A stretch of DNA of 64,000 nt from Mobula hypostoma. Its lineage: Eukaryota. Under the pieces are notes generated by a model. The model had not been told where the DNA came from. It did no database searches and worked only from the letters and a program-made list of their open reading frames with translations. The first letter of the stretch is position 1. Each line of letters starts with the position of its first letter. Shown piece after piece: positions 51,585-64,000 of this stretch. A program made the position numbers and the translations under genes. Location of the stretch: positions 61,506,001-61,570,000 of the forward strand of contig NC_086108.1 of assembly GCF_963921235.1 (NCBI RefSeq), written 5' to 3'.

Positions 51585-53388
51585 CTGTGCGAAAATTAAA
51601 GCAATAAAGCAATATTTAACCAGTAGACCTGAAGTGGATGAACTGCTATATCCTGGGAATTGGGTAACTGTGAATGTTACAGTTATTTCCTCATCTTGCA
51701 CCTTACTTTGAATGCATCTAGAGTATATAATTCTTTTCTGATATTTGAACCACTCTATTGATTGGACCAGGTTGATTTGCTGAAATTTTGATGAAGAGAA
51801 ATGAAGAATCCATAAAAACAATTAATCACCACCCATTTTTATCTCTAAAGATGTCAACTTGAAATCAGCAACCATCATAAAAAATGAAAATGTAAAAATA
51901 AATGCTTTAAGTGAGCTTTGCTTTCCGGCTCACTAGGTTAGAGAGCCCAAGCCTCTTACGTGAAAAACACAAGAAAGAACAATTCTGTAAAGTTCTTTAA
52001 AAAATGTCACTATAGTTGTAATTTAAACCTCCTTTATCAACTTCCACTCACAAAGGCTTGTTCCACTCCCTGGGGAATAGGGCCTGAGTTTTGTTGTATT
52101 CCCAGAACAATCAGTTTTCAGCTGAATCTAGCTTGCTGATATTTCCTGGACTGTACATGCACAAGCTTTTATAAATTGTCATGCCTCATTTGAAACCTCA
52201 GTGCATACATGGATCACTAGTGTCATTACTGACATACTAACATGTGCAACTCATTATCCCAACCTCATAGCTGTCTCTCAGGCTAGCTGCCTGTAGTGCA
52301 CTATTAAAAATTACCATTTTTATATATACTCATTAATTTTCAACAACTGGGCTGCTGAAACTCAGGTCCAAATGCCAACTGAAACATGCTTTGCAAAGTT
52401 ACTTTCCAGAGCCCACAATACTAGAAAATTCCATATAATTATTGCTAAAATCTTACTTTCATCTTCTAGCACTTTGCTTCAGTCTAATGGCAATAATTTT
52501 CCCTTCAAATTTATTCCATCCCATGCTGAAGAGATTGACATGCAAATCTCATAATTCTTCTTTGTACCATAGCTATGTATGCTTAATTATTAATTCTATG
52601 CCATTATTAATTCAGATTCCACTCTGGTTAAAATTACTTACCGTAGTGTATGCAGTTACTACACATTATATTTGACAAGCTCTATCTGCAACATTGCTAA
52701 TCACTACAATATTTTGTTGCCACAAATAATTGATTACATGCTCCTGCTTAAATAACTGCATTTAACATCATTTGCCACTTTAATTAATGTAATATGTGAT
52801 AAATAAGAGAAAGCCCATGATTTGCAAATCAAATTTTTGAAATACTTTCACTACTCTGCAATTGATCTCATGAAATCAATAGCTTCCTGTCAACCATGCC
52901 AAGATTTTAAAGAGGTGGTTATTATTTGGGGATTGGATGGTGGGGTGGGGGAGGGTTGGAAATTAAAGTCATACAGCAAGGAAACAGGCCCTTCAACGCA
53001 TTTAGTCTATGCCAACCACGGCACCCTCCCTCCTAGTCCCAGCTGCATGCCTTCAGTCCATAATCTGCCGAGCTCTTCATCTCAATGTCCCAATCCAAGT
53101 GCCTCTTAAATGCTGCTATTGCACCCACCCCAGCCACTTCTTCTGGCTAATCATTCCAGGTGTTCACCACTCTCTGTGTAAAGATCTTACCTCTCAGGAC
53201 TATTAAATCTCTCTTGTATCTGTACCCTCTATTTTTAGATTCTCAACCTTAAGGGAAAGATTATGACTGTCCAAATTATCCACCTCCCTCATGATCTTAT
53301 AAACTTCTATGAGGACACCTCTCATTCTCCAATGCTTTAAGGAATAAAGGTAACATGTGGCCAACCTCTCCTGATAACTTGGGCCTTC

Positions 53389-55921
53389 TGGAGCACTGGG
53401 ACATTGCAAATATCACTCCACTCCGCAAGAAGAGAGGAAGGCCAAAGAAAGGAAATTATAGGCCAGTTATCCTGATGTCTGTGGTTGGGAAGATGTTGGA
53501 GTTGATTGCTAAGGATGTGGTTTTGGGATATTTGGAGGCACATCATAACATGAGCCAAAGTAGGTCTACACCTGACGTAATCTCAATGGCTCTTCACGTG
53601 GCCTTAGATCAGCTGGATAATACAAATACCTATGTCAGGATGCTGTTCATTGACTATAGCTCAGTGTTTAACATCATCATTCCTACAGTCCTGATTGAAA
53701 AGCTACAGAGTCTGGGCCTCTGTACCTCCCTCAGCAACTGGATCTTCAGCTTCTTAACCAGAAGATCTGTGAAAATTGGTAATGATATCTCCTCACTGAC
53801 AATCAACGCTGGTGCACTTCAGGGATGTGTGCTTAGCCCACTGCTCTACTCTCTCTATACCCATGACTATGTGGCTAGGCATAGCTCAAATGCTATCTAT
53901 AAATTTGCTGATGATACAACCATTGTTGACAGAGTCTTAAATGGAGATGAGACGGTGTACTGGAGCGAGATACATCAGCTAGTTGAGTGGTGTTGCAGCA
54001 ACAACCTTGCACTCAACGTCAGTAAGACCAAAGAGCTGATTGTGAACTTCAGAAAGGATAGGATGAGGAAACATGAAACAATCCTCATAAAGGGATCAGA
54101 AGTGGGGGAGAGAGAGAGGGAGCAATTTCAAGTTCCTAGGTGTCAAGATCTCTCAGGATCTAACTTGGTCCCAACATATTGATTCAGCTATAAAGAAGGT
54201 AAGACAGCAATCATATTTCATTTGGAGTTTGAGGAGATTTGGTTTGTCATCTAAGACACTTGAAAACTTTTACAGATGTACCATGGAGGGCATTCTGACA
54301 GGCTACATTACTGTCTGCTGTCTGGTATAGGGGGGTGGTGGGTGTCTACTGCAAAGGATCAAAAGTAGCTACAGAAAGTTGTAAAATTAGTCAGCTCCAT
54401 CATGGGTTCTAGCCTCTGTTGTATCCAAGACATCTTCAAGGAGTAGTGCTTCAGAAAGGCAGTATCCATTATCCATCACCCAAGACATGCCCTCCTCTCA
54501 TTGTTACCATCATGAAGGAGGTACAGAAGTCTGAAGACTCACTCTCCATGATTCAGGAACAGCTTTTTCCCTGCTGCTATATGATTCCAAGATGAATGTG
54601 GAACCTATGAACACTATATCACTATTTCTATTAATTCTATTTTTGCACTATTTTTAATTCAACAATTTAATATACATATATATACTTATTGTAATTGATG
54701 TATGTACTTTTTCTATATTATCATGTATTGCATTGTACTGCTGTTGCTAAGTTAACAAATTTCACAATATATGCTGATGATATTAAACCTTATTCTGATT
54801 CTAATTCTGAAGTCAGCATGGATTTCATAGGTGAAGATCTTGACCAACAAATCTATTAGAATTCTTTGAGGAAATAACTACCTAGATGAAGATGAAGGAT
54901 AGATGAAGGAGAATTAGTGGATGTTATGTTTGTACTTGGACTTTCAGAAGGCCTCTGACAAGGTGCCACATATGAGGCTGCTTAACAAGATAAGAGCCCA
55001 TGATGTTACAGGAAAGATCCTAGCATGGATTGAGCATTAGCTTATTGGCAGGAGGCATAAAGTGGGAATAACAGAACCTTTTCTGATTGACAGCCGGTGA
55101 CTAGTCATGTTCTGGAGGGATCGGTGTTGGAACCGCTTCTTTTTACATTATATGTCAATGATTTAGATGATGGAATTGATGGAATAAAAGCGTAGTCTAT
55201 TTTCTAAATGGGGAGAAAATTCAGAAGTCCGAGGTGTAGGATTCCCTGAAGCTTAATTTGCAGTTTGAGTCTGTGGTGGGGAAGGCAAATGCAATGTTAG
55301 CATTCATTTTGAGAGGACTAGAATATAAAAGAAAGCATGTAACGCCAAGGCTTTACAAGGCACTGGTGAGATTTCACTTGGGGCATTGTGAGAAATTTTG
55401 GGCCCCTAATTTAAAAAAGGATTTGCGAAATTGAAGAGGATTCAGAGGAGGTTCACGAGAATGATTCTGGGAATGAAAGGCTTATCATATGAGGAGTGTT
55501 TGATGGCTCTGGGCCGTTATTCACTGGAATTTAGAAGAATGAGGGTGGATCTCATTGAAACCTATGGAATGTTGAAAGGCCTAGATAGAGTGAATGTTTC
55601 TTGTCGTGGGGGAGTCCAAGACCAGAGTGCACAGCCTTAAAATAGAGGGATGTCCATTCAGAATGGGGATAAGGAGGAAATCCTTTAGCCAGAGAGTGGT
55701 GAATCTGTGGAATTTTTTTGCCACAGGAGGCTGTGGAAGCCCAAGTCATCGGGTGAATTTAGGGTGTAATTTGATACGCCCTTGATTAGTCAAGGCGTGA
55801 AAGGTTAAACTGAGAAGGCAGGAGATTGGGGCTGAGAGGGAAACGGATCAACCATGATGAAATAGTAGAGCAGACTTAATGGGCTGAATGGCCTAATTCT
55901 GATCTTTTGTCTTATGATCTT
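53389..55921 (+). mobile_element. CR1 RT/3' fragment interrupted by Rex
   Basis: HWDIANITPL.KK..GNYRPV...MSQS | QHGF continues at 54811. KRIQRRFTRMILGMKGL and a 3' tail near 55900. Confidence 0.85.
53562..54810 (+). mobile_element. Rex1/Babar LINE, 5'-truncated
   Basis: RSTPDVIS..YVRMLFIDYSSVFN..QGCVLSPLLYSLYTHD..KFADDTT motifs. (TTCTGA)n tail. aagt at both junctions. Confidence 0.9.
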
Positions 55922-56068
55922 CAAGACCAGGCAGCATCCTTGTATTTTTTTTTCTGCACCTTCTCTAGTTTGACTATGTCTTTCCTATAACAGAGTGTCC
56001 AAAACTGTAGATAATACTCCAAAGTGGTCCCGCCAATGACTTATATACAATACTGAGCAAAAGTCCTA

Positions 56069-56071
<3 letters not shown>

Positions 56072-56117
<46 letters not shown>
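56072..56117. repeat. Compound (TA)n(GA)n microsatellite
   Basis: Directly visible in the sequence. Confidence 0.95.
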
Positions 56118-56949
56118 CTAGGAGCACTCACTCCTAAACTGCATACGCTGTCTGATGAAGGCCAGTATGCTGAATGCCTTTATCAACACCCAATGTTCTT
56201 GCCTTTATTTGAACAATCCTGCAGATGTCTACTAATAGGTATACTTACAGTAGCAGAAAAAGTTCTTATGCCTCTGAAGTGACTATACCATATCTCAACT
56301 ACTAGCAGCACCACCACGATATCTGCACACTTAACAAAATTGTACTCCAACAATCACACACCGGCATCTTGTACCTTGCACATATTTCTGGCTACATGAG
56401 TGGAGTAGACAGGTATGCACTGCAATGTATTTACTGACACAATTCCCGATGTCTTGCTGGGGAAGCTGGCGCACAACTACCAGCTGCAACAGCTATTGTC
56501 AGGTGGTAAAACGTTTTCATAGGTTGAGCTGTCTAGGAGAGGGCACTTGAGTTCTAGGGCTGGTCGGCACAGGAACAGCAGAGGATTGGAGATCAGTGAA
56601 GGTGATACCAATCTGTCCCTCAATATCCACAGACGCTCATAATTTCTGCCTGAGAAAATTCACATCATATCAGCCCACCATACTTCCCTATCTTATCCCT
56701 CATCATGATCCTCATGTATTTCATAAACATCAGAAAAGAAATGTTTGCAGATCTTAACAGTGGAGCTGAAGCACCATGTTAAAAGATTCCTGACAGTAAT
56801 ATTCACCCTGAACTGGTTGTAGTCCATGCATGCTCTAGTGATGCACCATGTACAGGGACTACCTCTAAACTATTCCCTATTATCAGCGAAGCGCCAAGAT
56901 GGGAACTGATGAATACATCTATCCTATTTGATAATATGACATCTTTATC

Positions 56950-57930
56950 TTAAAGTTCAAAGTAAGTTTAGTATCAAAATGCATATATGTCATCATATAC
57001 AACTCTGATTCATTTTCTTGTGGGCACACTAATAATAGAATAATAGCCAATATATAATTAATGAAAGATCATAGCAACTTGGCAACTCAACCAGTGTGCA
57101 AAAGACAGCAAACTGTACAAATACAAAAAGAGAGAAATAATAATAATAAATAAAATAAACAATAAATATAGGGAACATAAGATGAAGAGCTCTTGAAATT
57201 GAGCTCATAGGTTGTGGGAATATTTCGGTGATGGGCAAGTGAAGTTGAGTGAACTTATTCCCTTTGGTTCAAGAGCCTGATGGTTGACATGGAAAGGGTG
57301 CAGAGGAGATTTACAAGGATGTTGCCTGGATTGGGGAGCATGCCTTATGAGAATAGGTTGAGTGAACTTGGCCTTTTCTCCTTGGAGCGACGGAGGATGA
57401 GATGTGACCTGATAGAGGTGTATAAGATGATGAGAGGCATTGATCATGTGGATAGTCAGAGGCTTTTTCCCAGGGATGAAATGGTTGCCACAAGAGGATA
57501 CAGGTTTAAGGTGCTGGAGAGCAGATACAGAGGAGATGTCAGGGGTAAGTTTTTTTACTCAGAGAGTGGTGAGTGAGTGGAATGGGCTGCTGGCAACAGT
57601 GGTGGAGGTGAATACGATAGGGTCTTTAAAGAGACTTTAGGATAGGTACATGGAGCTTAGTAAAATAGAGGGCTATAGGTAAGCCTAGTAATTTCTAAGG
57701 TAGGGACATGTTCGGCACAACTTTGTGGGCCGAAGGGCCTGTATTGTGCTGTGGGTTTTCTATGTTTCCATGTTCTATGATGGTTGATGGGTAATAACTA
57801 TACCTGAACCTGGTGGTTGGAGTCTTAAAGGCTCCTGTACTTTCTTTCATGATGGCAGCAGCAAGAAGAGAACATGTCCTGGGCAGCAGGATTCTCTGAT
57901 GATGAAAGCTGCTTTCCTGCGACAACGCTT
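56950..57930 (-). mobile_element. Rex-type 3' end split by a CR1 insertion
   Basis: FKTPTTRFRYSYYPSTI on the minus strand, A-rich UTR and aaagttcaaagt tail. Confidence 0.7.
57288..57777 (+). mobile_element. 5'-truncated CR1 with 10-bp TSD
   Basis: MERVQRRFTRMLPGL... frame. TSD tgatggttga at 57278-57287 and 57778-57787. Confidence 0.9.
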
Positions 57931-59639
57931 TGTGTAAATGTCTCCATTACGTAACATTTCATAATGGAGCCATCACCTTCGACAGTGATTATCCCTGCTT
58001 CAGTAAGCTCTTTCTGAGTATCTGAAATGCTAGGACAGCCACTGTCAATCTGGGATTGAATCCACAGCCATCTGGACATCACTCATGCTCCAATCACTGT
58101 TATTTGCATGTTGACCACACAACTCAAACTGCTGTCACTCAAGACAAGACAATACAGTCTGAATCCAAGACATCTCAGCACAGAGCTCCACACAGTTATC
58201 CTTTATAGTCTTCCGGGTTCCTCCATAACTATGAGCTATTATCTCCCCATTTGTTTTTAGCTACTTGGGAAGCACTGAGTGGAAATCACTGGGCTGACAC
58301 GGAAAATATAGAAAACAAAGTTAATTTTAGATTTAAAACAAAAGCACTTCACAAAGCATGCTTTGTTTTGTGCACCATGAGAACCACAATGAACTTAACC
58401 CAGAATGAATGACATCAGGATAATTTCTGGGTGAAATTACAACATTCACAAAATTGGACAAGGCATTTCTGATCTGAACCCAAATTGGTGCATCAACATC
58501 AATGTGAATAGGAACATATTGTATTGGCAGCACCACAGCTCTTACCCACTTTGAGCAACCAGATGTGAAAGACACAATTAAACAAGGATCACAAGTCAAA
58601 TAAATTAAAAGGTTAAAGAATGTAAATTAAAGGGTTTTAATTTTTACTTCAATGTTTGATCATAACACCTGATATTCATATTCCAATGTTCGAAACATTT
58701 TTCTTTCTCCAACATTTTGAAGAGCCTTCATATTTTCTGTAACTTAGTACAGCAAGCTATGATGATAGATTCATTGATTATCCTTCAATTCTCTGCTGCG
58801 CGAGTAGATTGAATAGGTGGTGACCAGTCATACTGAAAATTGTATTGATTCTCACTCTCAGTGTTTCACAAGACTGTCCATGGCAGCCTTATGAACATGC
58901 AAACGTACACATTTAGAACAGAAGCAGTCCACTCGACCACTCAAACCTTCTCTGCCATTTATTGTTCAGAGCTGAGTTGATTGCCTATCAATCTACATCT
59001 GTCTTAAAAGAATTCAAGGATCCTGCTTCCACTGCCCTTTCATGAAATAAATTCCAAAAACATGGTATTCTGAGAGAAAAATAGCATTCTTGTACATCCT
59101 TATCTTAAATTGTATTGAAAGCAATAACCTCTGGCACCAATGTACTGTCGTTGACCTGTAATATAAACAGTTTCTCTTTTATCACTGAGACTGTCTGATC
59201 TACCAGGAATTTCCCTACTACTCTTACCTACATTTTACAGCCTTTACATGCTGCTGTACTTCTTTAAGTGTCTCTACTTTTTTTCTCTAACTACCCTCAA
59301 TAACATAATAATAAGGAAGAAGAAGTGTGCTAAAACTGAGGTGCTGAAGGTGATTATGTGATGCAGCACTGTAAAATGCAGGGGAAATATTTCCTATGGA
59401 GGGTGAATCCAGAGCAAGCATGCACTATCCTAAATTTACAACTCAGCCATTTAGAAGTCAAATTATAAGGCCTTCTATTTTAATAGGAATGTGCAGTCTC
59501 TTTTACTTAAAAAAATGGATACTATGTTAATTGAAATGTTAACGCTTGAAAGGTATAGTATCAGTGGAGAAAGTTATAAAGAAATGAATCAAAGGGTTGA
59601 GGCACAGTTCACGCACAAAGAACGGGAGTGAATGCTTAC

Positions 59640-59753
59640 CTTTAGCAGTTCACATCTATAACTTCTCTCCAAAGTTTTTTCCCATGTTTGTATTTGAGCC
59701 TTTACTACACCTAACTTATTTGTCCTGCTTTCTTGATGCACCGCAATTCTGTT
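59640..59753 (-). CDS. Candidate 114-nt exon (NRIAVHQESRTNKLGVVKAQIQTWEKTLERSYRCELLK)
   Basis: Donor AAG|GTAAGC, phase 0-0 with only one open frame. Acceptor ttttag has a poor pyrimidine tract. Confidence 0.25.
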
Positions 59754-59889
59754 CTAAAATGTCCTTTTCCTAACCTGCCAAGCATCTCAACGGCTTTTTA
59801 AAACTCCCTCTTCAAACTGGAAGACTTTGCTGGATACCAGTGGCCTCTGTTTGTTTCGACAAAATATACAAATATCCAGCTGATCTGTA

Positions 59890-62395
59890 ATAAACTGGGA
59901 GCAGCTATCTTGCAATGATAAATACAGCACACACAAAGTAACAGGGTTGTTATCATAGGTGACTTTAACTTCCCTAATATTGATTGGCACCTGATTAGTT
60001 CCAAGGGTTTAGATGGGGCAGAGTTTGATAAGTGTGTCCAGGACGGATTCCTGTCAGAGTATGTTGACAGGCCGACTAGGGGTAATGCCATACTAGATCT
60101 AGTATTAGGTAATGAACCGGGTCAGGTCACAGATCTCTCAGTGGGTGAGCATCTGGGGGACAGTGACCACTGCTCCCTGGCCTTTAGCATTATCATGGAA
60201 AAGGACAGAATCAGAGAGGACAGGAAAATTTTTAATTGGGGAAGGGCAAATTATGAGGCTATAAGGCTAGAACCTGCGGGTGTGAATTGGGATGATGTTT
60301 TTGCAGGGGAACGTACTACGGACATGTGGTCGATGTTCAGGGATCTCTTGCGGGATGTTAGGGGTAAATTTGTTCTGGTAAGGAAGATAAAGAATGGTAG
60401 GGTGTAGGAACCACGGGTGACAAGTGAGGTGGAATATCTAGTCAGATGGAAGAAGGTAGCAGACATGAGGTTTAGGAAGCAAGGATCAGATGGGTCTATT
60501 GAGGAATATAGGGTAGCAAGAAAGGAACTTAAGAAGAGGCTGAGGAGAGCAAGAGGGGGCATGAGAAGTCCTTGGCGAGTAGGGTAAAGGAGAACACCAA
60601 GGCATTCTTGAATTATGTGAACAACAAAAGAATGACTGGAGTGAAGGTAGGACCAATTAGAGATAAAGGTGGGAAAATGTGCCTGGAGGCTGTGGAAGTG
60701 AGCGTAGTCCTCAATGAATACTTCTCTTCAGTATTCACCAATGAGAGGGAACTTGGTGACGGTGAGGACAATATTAGTGAGGTTGATGTTCTGGAGCATG
60801 TTGATATTAAGGGAGAGGAGGTGTTGGAGTTGTTAAAATACATTAGGACGGATAAGTCCTCGGGGCCTGACAGAATATTCCCCAGGCTGCTCCACGAGGC
60901 GAGGGAAGAGATTGCTGAGCCTCTGGCTAGGATCTCTTTGTCCTCATTGTCCACAGGAATGGTACCAGAGGATTAGAGGGAGGCGAATGTTGTCCCCTTG
61001 TTCAAAAAAGGTAGTAGGGATAGTTCGGGTAATTATAGACCAGTGAGCCTTATGTCTGTGGTGGGAAAGCTGTTGGAAAAGAATCTTAGAGACAGGATCT
61101 ATGGGCATTTAGAGAATCATGGTCTGATCAGGGACAGTCAGCATGACTTTGTGATGGGCAGATTGTGTCTAACAAGCCTGATAGAGTTCTTTGAGGAGGT
61201 GACCAGGCATACAGATGAGGGTAGTGCAGTGGATGTGATCTACATACATTTTAGTAAGGCATTTGACAAGGTTCCACACAGTAGGCTTATTCAGAAAGTC
61301 AGAAGGCATGGGATCCAGGGAAGTTTGGCCAGGTGGATTCAGAATTGGCTTGCCTGCAGAAAGCAGAGGGTCATGGTGGAGGGAATACATTCAGATTGGA
61401 GGATTGTGACTAGTAGTGTCCCACAAGAATTGGTTCTGGAACCTCTACTTTTTGTGATTTTTATTAACGACCTGAATGTGGGGGTAGAAAGGTGGGTTGG
61501 CAAGTTTGCAGATGACACAAACATTGGTGGTGTTGTGGATAGTGTAGAGGATTGTCGAAGATTGCAGAGACATTGATAGGATGCAGAAGTGGGCTGAGAA
61601 GTGGCAGATGTAGTTCAACCTGGAGAAGCGTGAGGTGGTACACTTTGGAAGGCAGAGTACAAAGCAAATGGCAGGATACTTGATAGTGTGGAGGAGCAGA
61701 GGTGTCTGGGGGTACATGTCCACAGATCGCTGGAAGTTGCCTCACAGGTAGATAGGGTAGCTATGAAAGCTTATGGGGTGTTAGCTTTCATAAGTCGAGG
61801 GATAGAGTTTAAGAGTCGCGAGGTAATGATGCAGCTCTATAAGGCTCTGGTTAGGTCACGTTTGGAGTACTGTGTCCAGTTCTGGTCACCTCACTATAGG
61901 AAGGGTATGGAAGCATTGGAAAGGGTACAGAGGAGATTTACCAGGATGCTGCCTGGTTTAGACAGCATGCATTATGATCAGAGATTAAGGGAGCTAGGGC
62001 TTTACTCTTTGGAGAGAAGCAGGATGAGAGAAGACATGATAGAGGTATACAAGATATTAAGAGGAATAGATAGAGTAGATAGCCAGTGCCTCTTCCCCAG
62101 TGTACCACTGCTCAATACAAGAGGACATGGCTTTAAGGTAAGGGGTGGGAAGTTCAAGGGGGATATTAGAGGAAGGTTTTTTACTCAGCGAGTGGTTGGT
62201 GCATGGAGTGCACTGCCTGAGTCAGTGGTGGGGGCAGATACACTAGTGAAATTTAAGGGACTACTAGACAGGTATATGGAGGAATTTAAGGTGGGGGGTT
62301 ATATGGGAGGCAGGGTTTAGGGTTGGCACAACATTGTGGGCCGAATGGCCTGTACTGTGCTGTACTGTTCTATGATCTATGTTCTATGTTCTATA
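59890..62395 (+). mobile_element. CR1 LINE, 5'-truncated within the endonuclease, several stops
   Basis: IIGDFNFP, LGDSDH, GNYRPVSL, KAFDKVPH, KFADDT and LEYCVQFWSPHY motifs. (gttctat)n tail. Confidence 0.92.
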
Positions 62396-64000
62396 TCAAC
62401 TTGATGCTTTCATCAAAATCTTATCACCAGAGCAAATCTAGCCTCACCCAATCAGAGATACTTCTTTTATTCTGTCTATTCCTCCCGCAAGCTCTCCACA
62501 ACTTAAAGCTTACTTGCTTCCTTCTTTCCCAGTTTTAATGAGTGATCTTTGAGCTGAAATATAAAATGTATTTCTCTCTCCACAGACGCTGCCTGGCTTG
62601 CTGAGTGTTCCCAGCACCTTTTGGTGTTCATTTACTCTTAGTTCTATACTCTTCTGCAAGGAGAACATCCTCTCTGCATCTGCACATCGAGACACCTCAG
62701 GATTTTGTATTTCAATCTAGTCAGCTTTCACTCTTCCAGTCTCCATCAGAACCAAATCATGTCTTTCTGACATTTCTTCATAAGATTGGAATTGCCTTTT
62801 CCCAGTAAACGTTTCTGTACTTCCTAAAATAAGGAGATCAATACTGTACACTTTTCTGCAATATTCTATATTTCAGAAGCATAAAGTCTTTCCTTTTTTA
62901 TTCAATTCCCATAGCAATAAACATTTACATTCTGTTTCCTTTCCTACTGATCCGGTGAACCTGGTTGCTAGCTTTTAGTGAATCCTGCAGTCGGAAAAGG
63001 CACTGCATCACAGTGCCAGTCCTGCAGCTTGTCTGAAGCCACCATGAGGCCACACTACTAAGACCTCATTTTTTAAGTGACAAAGAGCAACCTTTCTTTC
63101 ATGCTTCGCCAAAGGTCACTCCAACAAATGTATTCAACATTCATCTCCACTCCACAAATGAATGGTGATCCCTTCAGATAAAGCTAATTCCTGGCTTATC
63201 CTTGCAGTGCAGCTTCGAATTCCTCTATATGGTCCATTCCAATGTGTTGATTTGAGACACACAAATGAATTTCACAGGGGCAATATTAGTTAAGCACTGA
63301 GGTTAGCTCTATGTGAACCGAATGCTTCATACAGATGTGTGCTCTGTACATTAAAACAATGCAACTGGAAGTCACTTGTTATGTTATAGGCCCCAATCAC
63401 ATTTAATTATGAATTTTTTTTTTGCTATAATGCAGTCCCATAGTCCAAGAGTGAACACTCACTTGACTATAAATCATTGAATTATTTGAAATAAATTCTG
63501 TAATATATGAGAGAACATGCTCACTTTAAAATATTTTACAAAAACAGGTAAAAATTTACTGGTCTAAATGAAGGTTATTGGTATGTTGCATTTTAAGTTT
63601 TGATCAGCATTTACTGACCCAATTTGTTATATACTAGAAATGACTGTCCAAAAATGTGCCAGGATACACTGTATATTGCAAAATCATTGATAAGTTCGAT
63701 TTTTATTTATTTCAAAACGCAAGCCAAGTTCGACAATTACTAAAATGTTCTTCAGCTTGAGGGATTGCCAGAATGGACAATGGGTCCATTTCAAGGGGAA
63801 TTATGCAAGTTCAAATTTACTTCAATACTAATCAACTCCTCCTATTCCTCCAGCTATCTTCTACAGATTGTATACCCAGCTTTTTCCACAATTCGACTGT
63901 AGCTAATATTAATATACTATACGAACAGGGAACTGGATGAACCTCTTGGAAGAAATCTCTCCGGTCCCCTTGCCCAACACATTTATATCCTCAAGGATAA

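Larger units (their letters stand above)
52965..56200 (-). mobile_element. Old minus-strand CR1 3' fragment split (52965-53388 and ~55922-56200) by a plus-strand CR1
   Basis: SYQERL..LYSLKHWRMRGVLIEVYKIMR on the minus strand. Continues as accaggcagcatcc..caaaactg..aatactcc after 55922. Confidence 0.7.

Noticed and set aside
53355..54182. 275-aa ORF as a host gene
   Set aside because: It is a chance fusion of CR1 and Rex RT fragments.
1..64000. CRISPR arrays, rRNA, operons or bacterial defence systems
   Set aside because: No repeat-spacer arrays or prokaryotic gene organisation seen. All RT ORFs are eukaryotic retroelements.

Overview
Eukaryotic, repeat-dense, mostly non-coding vertebrate DNA with no prokaryotic-style genes. 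The repeat mix (abundant CR1 LINEs, Rex1/Babar LINEs, V-SINEs, Penelope pseudo-LTRs) suggests a cartilaginous fish, probably a ray; this is inference. Nearly every long ORF is transposon-derived: a near full-length young CR1 (13312-17774, minus), many truncated CR1 and Rex/Babar copies, RTE fragments, a rearranged Gypsy element, a Tc1 element, a deleted Tigger, a Harbinger-type MITE and a Chapaev3-like fragment. The most notable structure is a ~1.3-kb fold-back Penelope-like insertion (38845-40161) with a 12-bp TSD inside a Tc1 terminal repeat. Each arm carries an intact minimal hammerhead ribozyme motif, and two smaller insertions of the same family share the fold-back architecture. A few short minus-strand exon candidates hint that the window may be intronic to a host gene, but this is weak. 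Family names come from recalled motifs, not database searches. Boundaries of degraded elements are approximate.
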